DNA of 64,000 nucleotides, taken from assembly GCA_964385645.1 (NCBI GenBank), contig CAYLPT010000072.1, positions 4,207 to 68,206 on the forward strand, written 5' to 3'. Below are positions 1 through 8,627 of the stretch, piece after piece. Position 1 is the stretch's first letter, and every line of letters starts with the position of its first letter. The DNA comes from an uncultured bacterium (GTDB lineage: Bacteria > Armatimonadota > Hebobacteria > Hebobacterales > Hebobacteraceae). The notes beneath the pieces were generated by a model. It saw only the letters and a program-made list of their open reading frames with translations. It did no database searches and was not told the origin of the DNA. The translations under genes and the position numbers were made by a program.

Positions 1-177
1 TGTCAGCGCGCCGGCGCTCCAGCGCGCGATCCAGAGCACGGCCGCGAATCCCACGATGCCGCGCAACACCGCGTACAGCGGCTCGACGCCCACGCGCAGC
101 GACAGCCCCGCCGCCAGCCCGAAGGCGGCGACGGCCGCGGCGAGCGTCACTCCTGGCACCACTCGGTCCATGAGCAT
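1..177 (-). CDS. hypothetical small membrane protein, truncated by window edge (N-terminal 59 aa visible)
   Basis: Reverse-strand ATG at 175-177 preceded by GAGGAGG SD. Translation MLMDRVVPGVTLAAAVAAFGLAAGLSLRVGVEPLYAVLRGIVGFAAVLWIARW shows two hydrophobic helices. Starts 23 nt after the flhA stop. Not in the ORF track because it runs off the window. Confidence 0.4.
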   Translation of the reverse strand, partial: MLMDRVVPGVTLAAAVAAFGLAAGLSLRVGVEPLYAVLRGIVGFAAVLWIARWSAGALT

Positions 178-199
178 CCCTCAACCTCCTCGCCAGCCC

Positions 200-2284
200 T
201 CAGTCCTCCGCCTCCGCCTCCAGCCTGACCAGCCCCACCGACCTGACCCGCGTCTCGGGCGCAACCTCGGCGTGGGAGAGCACGGCCGCGGTCGGCGCCC
301 GGCGCTCCAGCGCGGCGCGCGCCAGCGGCCGCGCGGCCGGCGTGCACAGCAGGATCGGCGCGTGCCCAAGCGCGCCCATGCGGGCGAACTCGCGCCCCGC
401 CGCGCGCGCCAGCGCCTCCAGCCAGTCTGCAGCGAGGCCGCCGCCCTCGCCGCGGGCGCGGGCGACCAGCTCGGCCTCCAGCGCGGGGTCGAGCGCGCAC
501 ACCCACAGCGTGCCGTCGGCCTCGACGTACTGCGCGGTGATCGCGCGCGCCAGGGCCTGGCGGGCCAGCTCCACGAGCTCCTCCGGGTCCTTGGTCGTCG
601 GCGCATGTGCGGCGAGCGCGGTGAGTATGCGGGGGAGGTCGCGGATCGGCACTCGCTCCTTCAGCAGCCCCGCAAGGACGCGGTGGATGTCGGTCAGGGT
701 CAGGCCCTTGGCCGTGGTCTCCTCGATCAGCGCGGGCGCCCGCTCCCGCAGCCGGTCGAGCATCCCCCGCACCTCCTGGAGGGAGAGGATATCGGCGGCG
801 TGTCGCCTGATGACCTCGCCCAAGTGGGTCAGTAGCACGGTGCTCGCGTCCACCACCGTCTGGCCGAGCATCTCGGCCTCGGCCCGTCGCTCCTCGGGCG
901 TCCAGCGCGCGGGAACGCCGAAGGCGGGGTCGGTGGTGTCGGCGCCGGGGACCTGCGGCGGGCCCCCAGCGGGGTTCATCACCAGCACGTGCCCGGGCCG
1001 AATCTCGCCCAGGGCCACCTGCGCCCCGGAGAGCTTGATGGCGTACTGGTTGGCGCGCAAGGTCAGGTTATCGTGCACCCGGAGGGGGGGCACGAGCAGA
1101 CCGAGCTCCTCGGCGATGCGGCGGCGAAGCAGGGTGATGCGCTCGAGCAGGTCGCCGCCCTGAGCAGGGTCGGCAAGGGGGATGAGGTCGAGGCCGATCT
1201 CCAGCTCGATGGGGTCAGGCGCAAGCGCGCCGAGCAGCTCCTCCGGCCCGGGGGCCGCGGGGCGCGGCTGAGGCGAAGGGGCAGGCGGGCGATCGGCGTC
1301 GCGCAGCGCGGTCGCCACCATGCCCACGCCCGCCGCGACGAGCAGGAAGGGCAGCTTCGGCAGGCCGGGGACGAGCGCGAGGGCGGCGAGGGTGGCCGCC
1401 ACCAGCGCGATCGCGCGGGGGCTGCCGAGGAGCTGCATCGTCAGCTCGCGGCCGAGCGGCGAGCCAGAGGACGAGCGGGTGATGACGATCCCGGCGGAGG
1501 TGGCCATGATCAGCGCCGGGATCTGGGTGACCAGGCCGTCACCCACGGTGAGCAGCGTGTAGGTGCGGAGAGCGGTGGACAGGTCCATGCCGCGCTGCAC
1601 CACCCCGATCACGAACCCGGCGACGATGTTCACGAGGATGATGACCACTGCCGCGATCGCGTCCCCCCGGACGAACTTGCTCGCGCCGTCCATCGCGCCG
1701 TAGAAGTCGGCCTCCCGGCGGATCTCGTCGCGGCGCCTCCGCGCAGTCTCCTCGTCAATGAGCCCGGCATTCAGGTCGGCGTCAATCGCCATCTGCTTTC
1801 CCGGCATGGCATCCAGCGTGAACCGCGCGGCCACCTCGGCGACCCGCCCCGCGCCGCTGGTGATGACGACGAACTGGATCACGACCAGGATCACGAACAC
1901 CACCATTCCAACGACGTAGTCACCGCCGACCACGAAGCTGCCGAAGGCCGCGATCACCGCTCCCGCGTGGGCGTGCAGCAGGATCAGGCGGGTCGCCGAG
2001 ACGTTGATCGCCAGTCGAAACAGCGTGAGTATGAGCAGCAGCGACGGGAACACCGAGAACTGGAGCGGATGCGTGGTGTACGCGGTGAGCATCAGAACGG
2101 TTAGCGAAAGGCCGATGTTGACGACGAGTAGCGTGTCGAGCATCCAGTAGGGCAGCGGGACTACGAGCATGGCCACTACCAGCACGGCCCCGGCCGACAC
2201 GAGCAGCTCGCTGTGGCGTGCCAGTTGGGCCGGCAGGCCGCGCCCGGCCATTGCCGCCATCCCCATGCCTCCCATGTACTCCAT
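200..2284 (-). CDS. flhA: flagellar biosynthesis protein FlhA (type III export gate)
   Basis: 694-aa ORF. N-terminal polytopic region carries FHIPEP-type sequence (GDYVVGMVVFVILVVIQFVVITSGAGRVAEVAARFTLDAMPGKQMAIDADLNAGLI), followed by a large cytoplasmic C-domain. ATG at 2282-2284 with AGGGAGAG SD. Sits in the fliPQR-flhB context. Confidence 0.95.
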   Translation of the reverse strand: MEYMGGMGMAAMAGRGLPAQLARHSELLVSAGAVLVVAMLVVPLPYWMLDTLLVVNIGLSLTVLMLTAYTTHPLQFSVFPSLLLILTLFRLAINVSATRLILLHAHAGAVIAAFGSFVVGGDYVVGMVVFVILVVIQFVVITSGAGRVAEVAARFTLDAMPGKQMAIDADLNAGLIDEETARRRRDEIRREADFYGAMDGASKFVRGDAIAAVVIILVNIVAGFVIGVVQRGMDLSTALRTYTLLTVGDGLVTQIPALIMATSAGIVITRSSSGSPLGRELTMQLLGSPRAIALVAATLAALALVPGLPKLPFLLVAAGVGMVATALRDADRPPAPSPQPRPAAPGPEELLGALAPDPIELEIGLDLIPLADPAQGGDLLERITLLRRRIAEELGLLVPPLRVHDNLTLRANQYAIKLSGAQVALGEIRPGHVLVMNPAGGPPQVPGADTTDPAFGVPARWTPEERRAEAEMLGQTVVDASTVLLTHLGEVIRRHAADILSLQEVRGMLDRLRERAPALIEETTAKGLTLTDIHRVLAGLLKERVPIRDLPRILTALAAHAPTTKDPEELVELARQALARAITAQYVEADGTLWVCALDPALEAELVARARGEGGGLAADWLEALARAAGREFARMGALGHAPILLCTPAARPLARAALERRAPTAAVLSHAEVAPETRVRSVGLVRLEAEAED

Positions 2285-2302
2285 AGCCTCTCTCCCTTGG
2301 CC

Positions 2303-3391
2303 CTAGGGCTGTCGCCCAGTGAGCCGGTACACGAAGGCCAGTATCTCCGCCACCGCCTGGTAGAGTTCCGGCGGTATCTGGCGGCCGACGGGCACCGACC
2401 GGTATATGGCGCGCGCCACGTCGGCATGCTGGGTCACCGGCACGCCGTGGCGCTCGGCCGCCGCGCGGATGCGCTCGGCCAGCAACTGCCGTCCCTTAGC
2501 GACCACCACGGGCGCGGTCCGCCCCCGGGCGCGCCCGTGCGCGTCAGACAGAGCGGCGGGCAGGTCATAGCGGAGCGCAACTGCGATCTGCGTCGGGTTA
2601 GTGATGACCACGGTTGCGCGCTTCACGGCGTGAAGCATTCGGTGATGAGAGAGCGCGCGCTGCACCTCGCGGATGCGCGAGCGGATCAGCGGATCGCCTT
2701 CCGTCTCCTTGTGCTCGTCCCTTAGCTCCCGACGGCTCATGCGCAGCCCGCGCTCGTGCTGCCGGCGCTGGAACAGGTAGTCGGCCAGCGCGACGATCAA
2801 CAGCACGCCCGCGACCCGGAGTACGAGTCCCCAGACGAGCTCTGCAATGCCGATCCCCGCCGAGACCGGCGTCCCCTCGCCCAGGAGCAGAAGCAGCCCC
2901 CACCGGCCGCGCAGATAGTGCCACCCTACGAGCCCCACCGCGGCGACGCGCACCAGCGAACGACCCGCGGCGAACGCCCCCCGCAGCGAGCACATCCGGC
3001 CCAGCCCCTCCCCGAGGCTCAGGCGCCGCCACTGGAAGGCCAGCGGACGCGCACTCACCAGGAAGCCGGTCTGTGCGAGGCTCGCGGCGCCCGCGGCCGC
3101 GCACGCGCCCAGCGCCGCGGGGGCGGCCATGCGCAGGCCGTACGCGAGCCCCGCGGTCAGCGCCTGGGTCGCGGACTCGAGGGCCAACCCGCACGTAGTG
3201 CTCTGGCCCAGGTCCCAGCGGATGAGCCCCGCCGCCGAGCTCACGGCCGCGGCGGCTCCGATCCTCAGGGCGGCCAGCGCGCCGAGCAGGGCGGCCACGC
3301 CGGCGAGCTCCGCGCTGCGCGGGACCTCGCCGCGCCTGCGCGCCTCATCGCGCTTTCTGGGTGTGGCTTGCTCGGTTCGCTCCTCCGCCAC
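2303..3391 (-). CDS. flhB: flagellar biosynthesis protein FlhB (export switch)
   Basis: 362 aa, GTG start. N-terminus MAEERTEQATPRKRDEARRRGEVPRS and 4 TM are typical of FlhB/SctU. C-domain reads VVITNPTQIAVALRYD...APVVVAKG...IPPELYQAVAEILAFVY. The autocleavage motif is NPTQ rather than NPTH. Confidence 0.9.
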   Translation of the reverse strand: MAEERTEQATPRKRDEARRRGEVPRSAELAGVAALLGALAALRIGAAAAVSSAAGLIRWDLGQSTTCGLALESATQALTAGLAYGLRMAAPAALGACAAAGAASLAQTGFLVSARPLAFQWRRLSLGEGLGRMCSLRGAFAAGRSLVRVAAVGLVGWHYLRGRWGLLLLLGEGTPVSAGIGIAELVWGLVLRVAGVLLIVALADYLFQRRQHERGLRMSRRELRDEHKETEGDPLIRSRIREVQRALSHHRMLHAVKRATVVITNPTQIAVALRYDLPAALSDAHGRARGRTAPVVVAKGRQLLAERIRAAAERHGVPVTQHADVARAIYRSVPVGRQIPPELYQAVAEILAFVYRLTGRQP

Positions 3392-3397
3392 CGCGGA

Positions 3398-4189
3398 TCA
3401 CCTCACCACCAACATCAGGTCCCGCAGCAGCTCCTCCGTGGCCCAGAGAAGCCCTCGCTGGGCCTGTATGAGGAGCGGCAGCGCCAGCAGCGTCGCCCCC
3501 AGCCCGACCGCGAGCTTGACCGGGAAGCCGATCGCGAGCAGGTTCATCTGGGGCGCCGCCCGCGTCAGCAGGCCCAGCCCGAAGTCGGCCAGCAGGACCG
3601 CTCCGACCACCGGGGCCGACATCCTCACTCCCGCCGCCACGAGCGCGACGGCCGCTCGCGCGAGCACTGGGCCGGCGAGCTGGGGACTGGCCCCCAGCGG
3701 CACCGCGACCGCGCTAGCCGCCAAGGCCTCGAGCACGATGTGGTGCCCGTTCGCGCCCAGGAAGATCAGCCACGCCATCGCCATCTGGAGCTGCCCGATG
3801 ACGGAGGTGCGATCGCCCGTCTCGGGCGACACGATGCCCGCGAACCCGAACGCGGACTGCATGTCCGCCATCTCACCGGCGATCTGTATCGCGGTGAACA
3901 CCAGCCGCGCGCCGAACCCCATCGCCAGCCCGACGAGAAGCTCGCCTCCGGCCGCGAGCGCGATCTCAACGACGCCCGGCCGCCCGGCCGCCATAACCGC
4001 GACCGGCGCGAGCACGACGGAGACGGTCGCCGCGAGGGCCAGCTTCACTCGCCCCGGCAGGCGCTCGCTGCCGACCAGAGGCGCGACCATGAACGCCCCG
4101 GCCGCCCGACAGACGAGCAGCAGGAACGGCTCCAGCGCGGGCAGCTCGAGGGAGAGCCTCACCCCTTCATCCCCCAACCCGCGCCACAC
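3398..4189 (-). CDS. fliR: flagellar biosynthesis protein FliR
   Basis: About 255-263 aa polytopic protein located between fliQ and flhB. The ORF-track start (GTG 4189) overlaps fliQ. An in-frame GTG at 4162 with GGGGGATGAAGGG SD, 5 nt after the fliQ stop, is the more likely start. Confidence 0.85.
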   Translation of the reverse strand: MWRGLGDEGVRLSLELPALEPFLLLVCRAAGAFMVAPLVGSERLPGRVKLALAATVSVVLAPVAVMAAGRPGVVEIALAAGGELLVGLAMGFGARLVFTAIQIAGEMADMQSAFGFAGIVSPETGDRTSVIGQLQMAMAWLIFLGANGHHIVLEALAASAVAVPLGASPQLAGPVLARAAVALVAAGVRMSAPVVGAVLLADFGLGLLTRAAPQMNLLAIGFPVKLAVGLGATLLALPLLIQAQRGLLWATEELLRDLMLVVR

Positions 4190-4436
4190 AGGAGAAGACC
4201 CACAAGGTGTAGGTCATCATCGTCCTCAACATCCACGGCGCGCAAAGCAGGCCCGCGGCCGCCATTGCCGCGAGCTTGGGGACGAACGTGAGCGTGAACT
4301 CCTGGATCTGCGTGGCCGCCAGCACGATACTGATGATCACCCCCACCACTAGGCCGGCCGCCAGCACTGGTGCACAGACGCTAAGGGCGGTTAGCACCGC
4401 GCCCCTCCCAAGCTCCAGCACCGTCGCGTCAGGCAT
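4167..4436 (-). CDS. fliQ: flagellar biosynthesis protein FliQ
   Basis: 89 aa from the internal ATG at 4434-4436 (GAGGGA SD). Two TM helices. MPDATVLELGRGAVLTALSVCAPVLAAGLVVGVIISIVLAATQIQEFTLTFVPK fits the FliQ/SctS pattern. Confidence 0.85.
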   Translation of the reverse strand: MPDATVLELGRGAVLTALSVCAPVLAAGLVVGVIISIVLAATQIQEFTLTFVPKLAAMAAAGLLCAPWMLRTMMTYTLWVFSCVARVGG

Positions 4437-4447
4437 CTCGATCCCTC

Positions 4448-5191
4448 CTAGGCGAAACTGGTGACGATGCTCTCGATGACCACGCGCCAACCGTCCACTA
4501 ACACGAAGAGCAGAATCTTGCAGGGCAGCGAGACCACCACCGGGGGCATCATCATCATGCCCATGGACATCAGGGTGGTCGCCACCACCATGTCAATGAC
4601 GAGAAAGGGCAGGAAGATCATGAACCCCATGGTGAAGGCGCGCTTCAGCTCGCCGACCATGAAGGCGGGAACGACGACATAGGTCGGGACCTCCTCCGGG
4701 GTCTCCGGGCGGGCGAGCCCGCCGAGCCGGACGAATAGCGCCAGCTCCGCCTCCGGCGTCTGCCGCAGCATGAAGTCCCTAAGCGGGCCGAGCGCGCGCT
4801 GGGCCGCCGCCTCGTAGCCGATGTCCTCGCTAAGGTACGGCTGCAGCGCCTGCTCGTTGACCGCGCGCCACACTGGCGCCATGGTGAACACGGTCAAGAA
4901 GAGTGCGAGGCCCACGAGCACGGTGTTGGGCGGGATCTGTTGCGCGCCGATCGCGCTGCGGGTGAAGGAGAGCACGATCAGGATGCGGGTGAAGGACGTC
5001 AGCATCATCGCCAGCGCCGGCGCGAGCGAGAGCACCGTGAGGAGGGCGACGATCTCCAGGGTGGCAGGGAGCTGGCGCGGTCCGGCGCCGTCAATGCTGA
5101 TGGTGAGCGCGGCCGGCCTGGGATCGGCCCAGGCGGGCGCGGCGGGCCCGAGCAGCGCGCCGGCCAGCACGGCGGCGGGGAACGCCCTCAT
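4448..5191 (-). CDS. fliP: flagellar biosynthesis protein FliP
   Basis: 247 aa from ATG 5189-5191, with a signal peptide. SFTRILIVLSFTRSAIG, PPNTVLVGLALFLTVFTMAP and FLPFLVIDMVVATTLMSMGMMMMPP are typical FliP/SctR blocks. ATGA overlap with the fliO stop. Confidence 0.92.
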   Translation of the reverse strand: MRAFPAAVLAGALLGPAAPAWADPRPAALTISIDGAGPRQLPATLEIVALLTVLSLAPALAMMLTSFTRILIVLSFTRSAIGAQQIPPNTVLVGLALFLTVFTMAPVWRAVNEQALQPYLSEDIGYEAAAQRALGPLRDFMLRQTPEAELALFVRLGGLARPETPEEVPTYVVVPAFMVGELKRAFTMGFMIFLPFLVIDMVVATTLMSMGMMMMPPVVVSLPCKILLFVLVDGWRVVIESIVTSFA

Positions 5192-5598
5192 GCGCGTCCC
5201 CCGTTCCGCAGCGCGTCGGCGGCCTGCCGGAGGCGCCCAACCAGGTCGGGCTCGGCTGCGCCGCGGTCGCCCAGCAGGGGCGCGAGAGTGGAAGCGAAGT
5301 CCGGCTGCGCCGGCGCGCCCTCCAGCTCGGGCGCGGGGTGCTCGCCGGGCATCTCGGCGATGAGGGCCACCGCGTTGGCTGCACTCGCCAGGAGCAGAGT
5401 GCGGTCGCCGACCGCGATGAGATGCAGCGCCTGCTGCGGGCCGAGCGGCCGGGTCTCGAGCACGCGGAGGCGGCCCCTCGCCCGTCCGCGGAGGCGGGGC
5501 TCGCGAAGTCGCCGGAGGGCCGCCGAGGCGCAGACCGCAAGCGCCGCAGCCAACCCCACTTTCACCCCGATGCCGGCCAACGCCCCCACGGCGTCCAT
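5188..5598 (-). CDS. fliO: FliO-like flagellar export protein
   Basis: 136 aa. N-terminal TM (MDAVGALAGIGVKVGLAAALAVCASAAL), then LRVLETRPLGPQQALHLIAVGDRTLLLASAANAVALIAE, which matches the FliO core pattern. Located immediately upstream of fliP and coupled to it. GGGGAGGGG SD. Confidence 0.6.
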   Translation of the reverse strand: MDAVGALAGIGVKVGLAAALAVCASAALRRLREPRLRGRARGRLRVLETRPLGPQQALHLIAVGDRTLLLASAANAVALIAEMPGEHPAPELEGAPAQPDFASTLAPLLGDRGAAEPDLVGRLRQAADALRNGGRA

Positions 5599-5913
5599 CC
5601 ACCCCTCCCCGGACCGCTCGCGCCGAGGCGCGGCGGCCCCAACCTGGACACACAGAGCGTGGGGTGGGGGAGGAGCTGAGCGGCGCGCTCACCCCCCGAC
5701 GAGCGGCCTGGCGGCCGCGGCCCACGCCTCTGCAGCGGGCCCGCGCTCCCGAGCGCGAGCCCTGGTCCGAATCAGCCGACTCCCGCCCTGGTCATGCGGC
5801 CCGCCGTGGGCCGCCGGGAGCCACGGAGGTCATTCCACAGAATGGAGCGGATTTGAGATCAGATGAGGAGACTCGAGTGGCGCCCGCGGGCGTGTGAGCA
5901 GCACGGTGGGGGG

Positions 5914-6771
5914 CTACTCGGAGATGCCGAGCGCCCGGCGTGCAGCGGCGTTCGCGGGGTCGAGCTCGAGGGCGCGGGAGAAGGCTCGCACGGCCTCCTG
6001 GGGGGAGCCGGCCGCCGCGAGCGCGGCTCCCAGCGCGGCCCACGCCTCCGGGCTGTCGGGCTGGAGCTCGACGAGCTGGCGCAGGTGCCCAGCGGCCTCC
6101 TGGTGGCGGCCCAGCTCGCCCGCCAGGGAGGCGAGCGAGATGATCACCTGTGGGTCAGACGGCCTCAGTCGCTGCGTCTCCCTCAGCGCCTCGTGGGCCT
6201 CCTGCAGGTGGCCGGCGCGCCAGCGCACCAGGGCCAGGACGAAGTGGGTGAGCGAGACCCGGGGCGCGAGGCGCGCCCCGCGCTCGGCGGCCTCGAGCGC
6301 GGCCTCGAGCTCGCCCGCCTGCGCAAGCTGGCTGGCGAGCATGGCGTGCGCCACGCCGTTGTGGGGCTCCAGGCGCACCGCCCGCCGGAGCCACTCGGTC
6401 GCGCCTTTATGGTCCCCGGTCACGCCCAGCACCGCGCCCAGCTCGCGCGCCGCGCCCCCATCATAGGGCCTCGCCTGGGCGACCGCGCGCAGCTCCTGTA
6501 CGGCGCGGGCTGCCTCGCCCTCGGCCACCAGGTGCATGGCGAGCTCCCGCCGCGCGGCCGGGTTGTCGGGGGCGATGCGCAGCGCCTCCTCCACCGCCCG
6601 GCGGGCCTCCTTGGAGCGACCCTCGGCCGACATCTGCTGGGCCTGCGTGACGAGCTCATCCGAGCGCCGCCGCGCCTCCGCCGCGGGCAGTCCCGCGGCG
6701 ACCGTGCCGACCGCGGCGAGTGCGCCGACCACCGAGAGCAGCAGGCACCCGTGCAGCGCGCGCCGCGTCAT
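5914..6771 (-). CDS. TPR-repeat protein with N-terminal signal/anchor
   Basis: 285 aa from ATG 6769-6771 (MTRRALHGCLLLSVVGALAAVG...). Multiple 34-aa TPR-like repeats (AxxxLxxAxxLxPxxxxA pattern). ATGA overlap with the upstream membrane-protein gene. The ORF-track extension to 7212 is rejected. Confidence 0.8.
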   Translation of the reverse strand: MTRRALHGCLLLSVVGALAAVGTVAAGLPAAEARRRSDELVTQAQQMSAEGRSKEARRAVEEALRIAPDNPAARRELAMHLVAEGEAARAVQELRAVAQARPYDGGAARELGAVLGVTGDHKGATEWLRRAVRLEPHNGVAHAMLASQLAQAGELEAALEAAERGARLAPRVSLTHFVLALVRWRAGHLQEAHEALRETQRLRPSDPQVIISLASLAGELGRHQEAAGHLRQLVELQPDSPEAWAALGAALAAAGSPQEAVRAFSRALELDPANAAARRALGISE

Positions 6772-8528
6772 GGCCGCCCGCCTGTCCGTCCGCCACCGAC
6801 CCGCACCACCTCCATGGTGTGCGACTCCCCCTGCCACGCGACGACGTACTCGCCCGGCAGCAGCGACGACATTGCCAGCACCTGGGGTGTGAGCCCGCTC
6901 CCGCCCTCGTGGGAGACGGTGTGCGCCATCACCGGCCGCGCCGCCGTGCGCGCCAGGGCCTGTGGATAGCCGTTGCGGAACACCTGCGCGCCCAGGTGAG
7001 TGGCCGGCAGCCCCTGGAAGTACACGGTGGGCGCCGCGGGGGAGTCGGGTAGCTCGGCGACCACCCGCTGCCCCTCTCGCAGGGCCGCTGCCGCCAGGTC
7101 GCCAGCCAGCCGCCATGGTTGTACATACCACAGCGAAAGCCCGGCCGCTGCCGCCACCGTGGCAGCGGCCGCGGCGCCGCTCCGGCGCCACCCCCCGCCT
7201 CGCCCCGTGCACAGGTCTCCGAAGAGCAGCGCGAGCCCGATGGTGGGCAGGTAGGCGAAGCGGCTGTGTTCGAGCTCAGGCGTCCCGGCCGGCAGCGCCC
7301 AGACCGGCAGGGACATCACGAACACCCAGCTCAGCCACATCCACAGCCGCCGCGCCGGCGCGTGCGGCAGCCCGCGCACCCACCACAGCGCGCCCACGCC
7401 CATGGCGGACGCGGACGCCGTCAGCACCCACCACGGCGCGGCTGAGAACAGTCCGCCGTGCAGCGGGAACAGGAAGGCTGCGGTGTGCATGAGCGGGACG
7501 TGCGGCGGCAGTAGTCCCCACCGGTCCTGGCGGACAGGGTAGCCCCCAAGCCCACCCAGGGCCTGTTGCCGCACCAGCAGGTAGGCCGCCGCAGTGGCGC
7601 CATAGCCGCCGACCAGCGCCCACATGCCCCCTGGCCGCTCGCGCGGGACCAGAGCGAGCCGGAGGACAACCAGGCCGGGCAGGGCAACAGCAGCCTCCTT
7701 CATCAGGACCGCCAACGCGAAGGAGCTGAGCGCGCCGGCGAGGGCAAGGGTCCGCCCGCGGGGCGATGCTGCCGAGAGGTGAACCTCGAGCAGGAGGAGC
7801 GACGCGAGCACGAAGGTGGCCGCGAGCACATCGTTGAGGGCGCAGGCCCAGGCGACCGGCTCGACGTGGAGCGGATGCACGGCGAAGAGAAGCGCGCCCA
7901 GCGTCGCGCCCCGCGCGCTGCCGGTCCAGCGCCGCGCCAGCGCGAAGACGAGCAGCGCGTTGGCCCCGTGCGAGGCGAGGTTGAGAGCATGGTAACCCGC
8001 GGGCGAGTCGCCCCACAGGCGCCCGGCCAGCCACCACGTCGCCTGGAAGCCGGGTCGGAAGAAGAGCGGGAACACCCTCCTGGAGAAGGCCGCCCAGAGC
8101 CCGTCGGCCTGCTGGATGCCGCTCAGCAGGCCGTAGTCATCGGAGAGGAAACCGATGGTGACCGTAGGCAAGAAGGGCAGGACGGCGGCGGCGACGACCG
8201 CCGCCCATCCGACGCGAGCCAGCAGGCGTTCGCCGGGTGCATCGGCCTCGGGCGGGATCTGATGGCGGCCGACGAGCGCTCGCCCGGCCGCCGCAGCCGC
8301 GAGCAGGCAGAACACGAGCGTGGGCCCGGCCCAAGGCGCCGCGCCGCGCGGGGAGAGCACCAGCAGGTGGACGAGAAGCAGCGTGATGATGGTGGCGGCC
8401 GCGGCGCTGGCCGCGGCGCGGTCGCGGGGGAGCGAGCGCCGTCCCGCCTCGGCTGCGCGCGGGCGCCTGGCCCGCCGCCGGGCCCCGGCGCGAGCGCGCG
8501 AGCTGCGTGAGGCGCCTTCGGTGGTCAC
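6768..8528 (-). CDS. polytopic GT-C-like membrane protein (TMTC/PMT_2-like glycosyltransferase candidate)
   Basis: More than 10 TM helices. FLSDDYGLLSG, YHALNLASHGANALLVFALARR and LFAVHPLHVEPVAWA resemble TMTC/DUF1736-type O-mannosyltransferase-like proteins. There is no ATG in the N-terminal part. The likely GTG start at 8526-8528 avoids antisense overlap with the radical SAM gene. Confidence 0.6.
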   Translation of the reverse strand: MTTEGASRSSRARAGARRRARRPRAAEAGRRSLPRDRAAASAAAATIITLLLVHLLVLSPRGAAPWAGPTLVFCLLAAAAAGRALVGRHQIPPEADAPGERLLARVGWAAVVAAAVLPFLPTVTIGFLSDDYGLLSGIQQADGLWAAFSRRVFPLFFRPGFQATWWLAGRLWGDSPAGYHALNLASHGANALLVFALARRWTGSARGATLGALLFAVHPLHVEPVAWACALNDVLAATFVLASLLLLEVHLSAASPRGRTLALAGALSSFALAVLMKEAAVALPGLVVLRLALVPRERPGGMWALVGGYGATAAAYLLVRQQALGGLGGYPVRQDRWGLLPPHVPLMHTAAFLFPLHGGLFSAAPWWVLTASASAMGVGALWWVRGLPHAPARRLWMWLSWVFVMSLPVWALPAGTPELEHSRFAYLPTIGLALLFGDLCTGRGGGWRRSGAAAAATVAAAAGLSLWYVQPWRLAGDLAAAALREGQRVVAELPDSPAAPTVYFQGLPATHLGAQVFRNGYPQALARTAARPVMAHTVSHEGGSGLTPQVLAMSSLLPGEYVVAWQGESHTMEVVRVGGGRTGGRP

Positions 8529-8627
8529 CGCCCCATCCTCGTGTGCCGCGCTTCTTCCCCCCAGCGGTTCCCCAACCTCTCTGTCGGCCCGGGTGAGAGG
8601 AGCCAGGCGTCCGCTGTTCGTGGTATC

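Noticed and set aside
5192-5725. N-terminal 178-codon extension of the fliP track ORF
   Set aside because: The extension is Arg/Gly/Pro-rich and overlaps the fliO frame. FliP homology and a signal peptide begin at the internal ATG 5189-91, which forms an ATGA junction with fliO.
5599-5913. 315-nt gap upstream of fliO, searched for a sigma28/sigma70 promoter or a missing small flagellar gene
   Set aside because: There is no ORF with an SD. Only a weak TGtGGAATG-like element appears on the minus strand, near 5830-5876. Not supportable as a feature.
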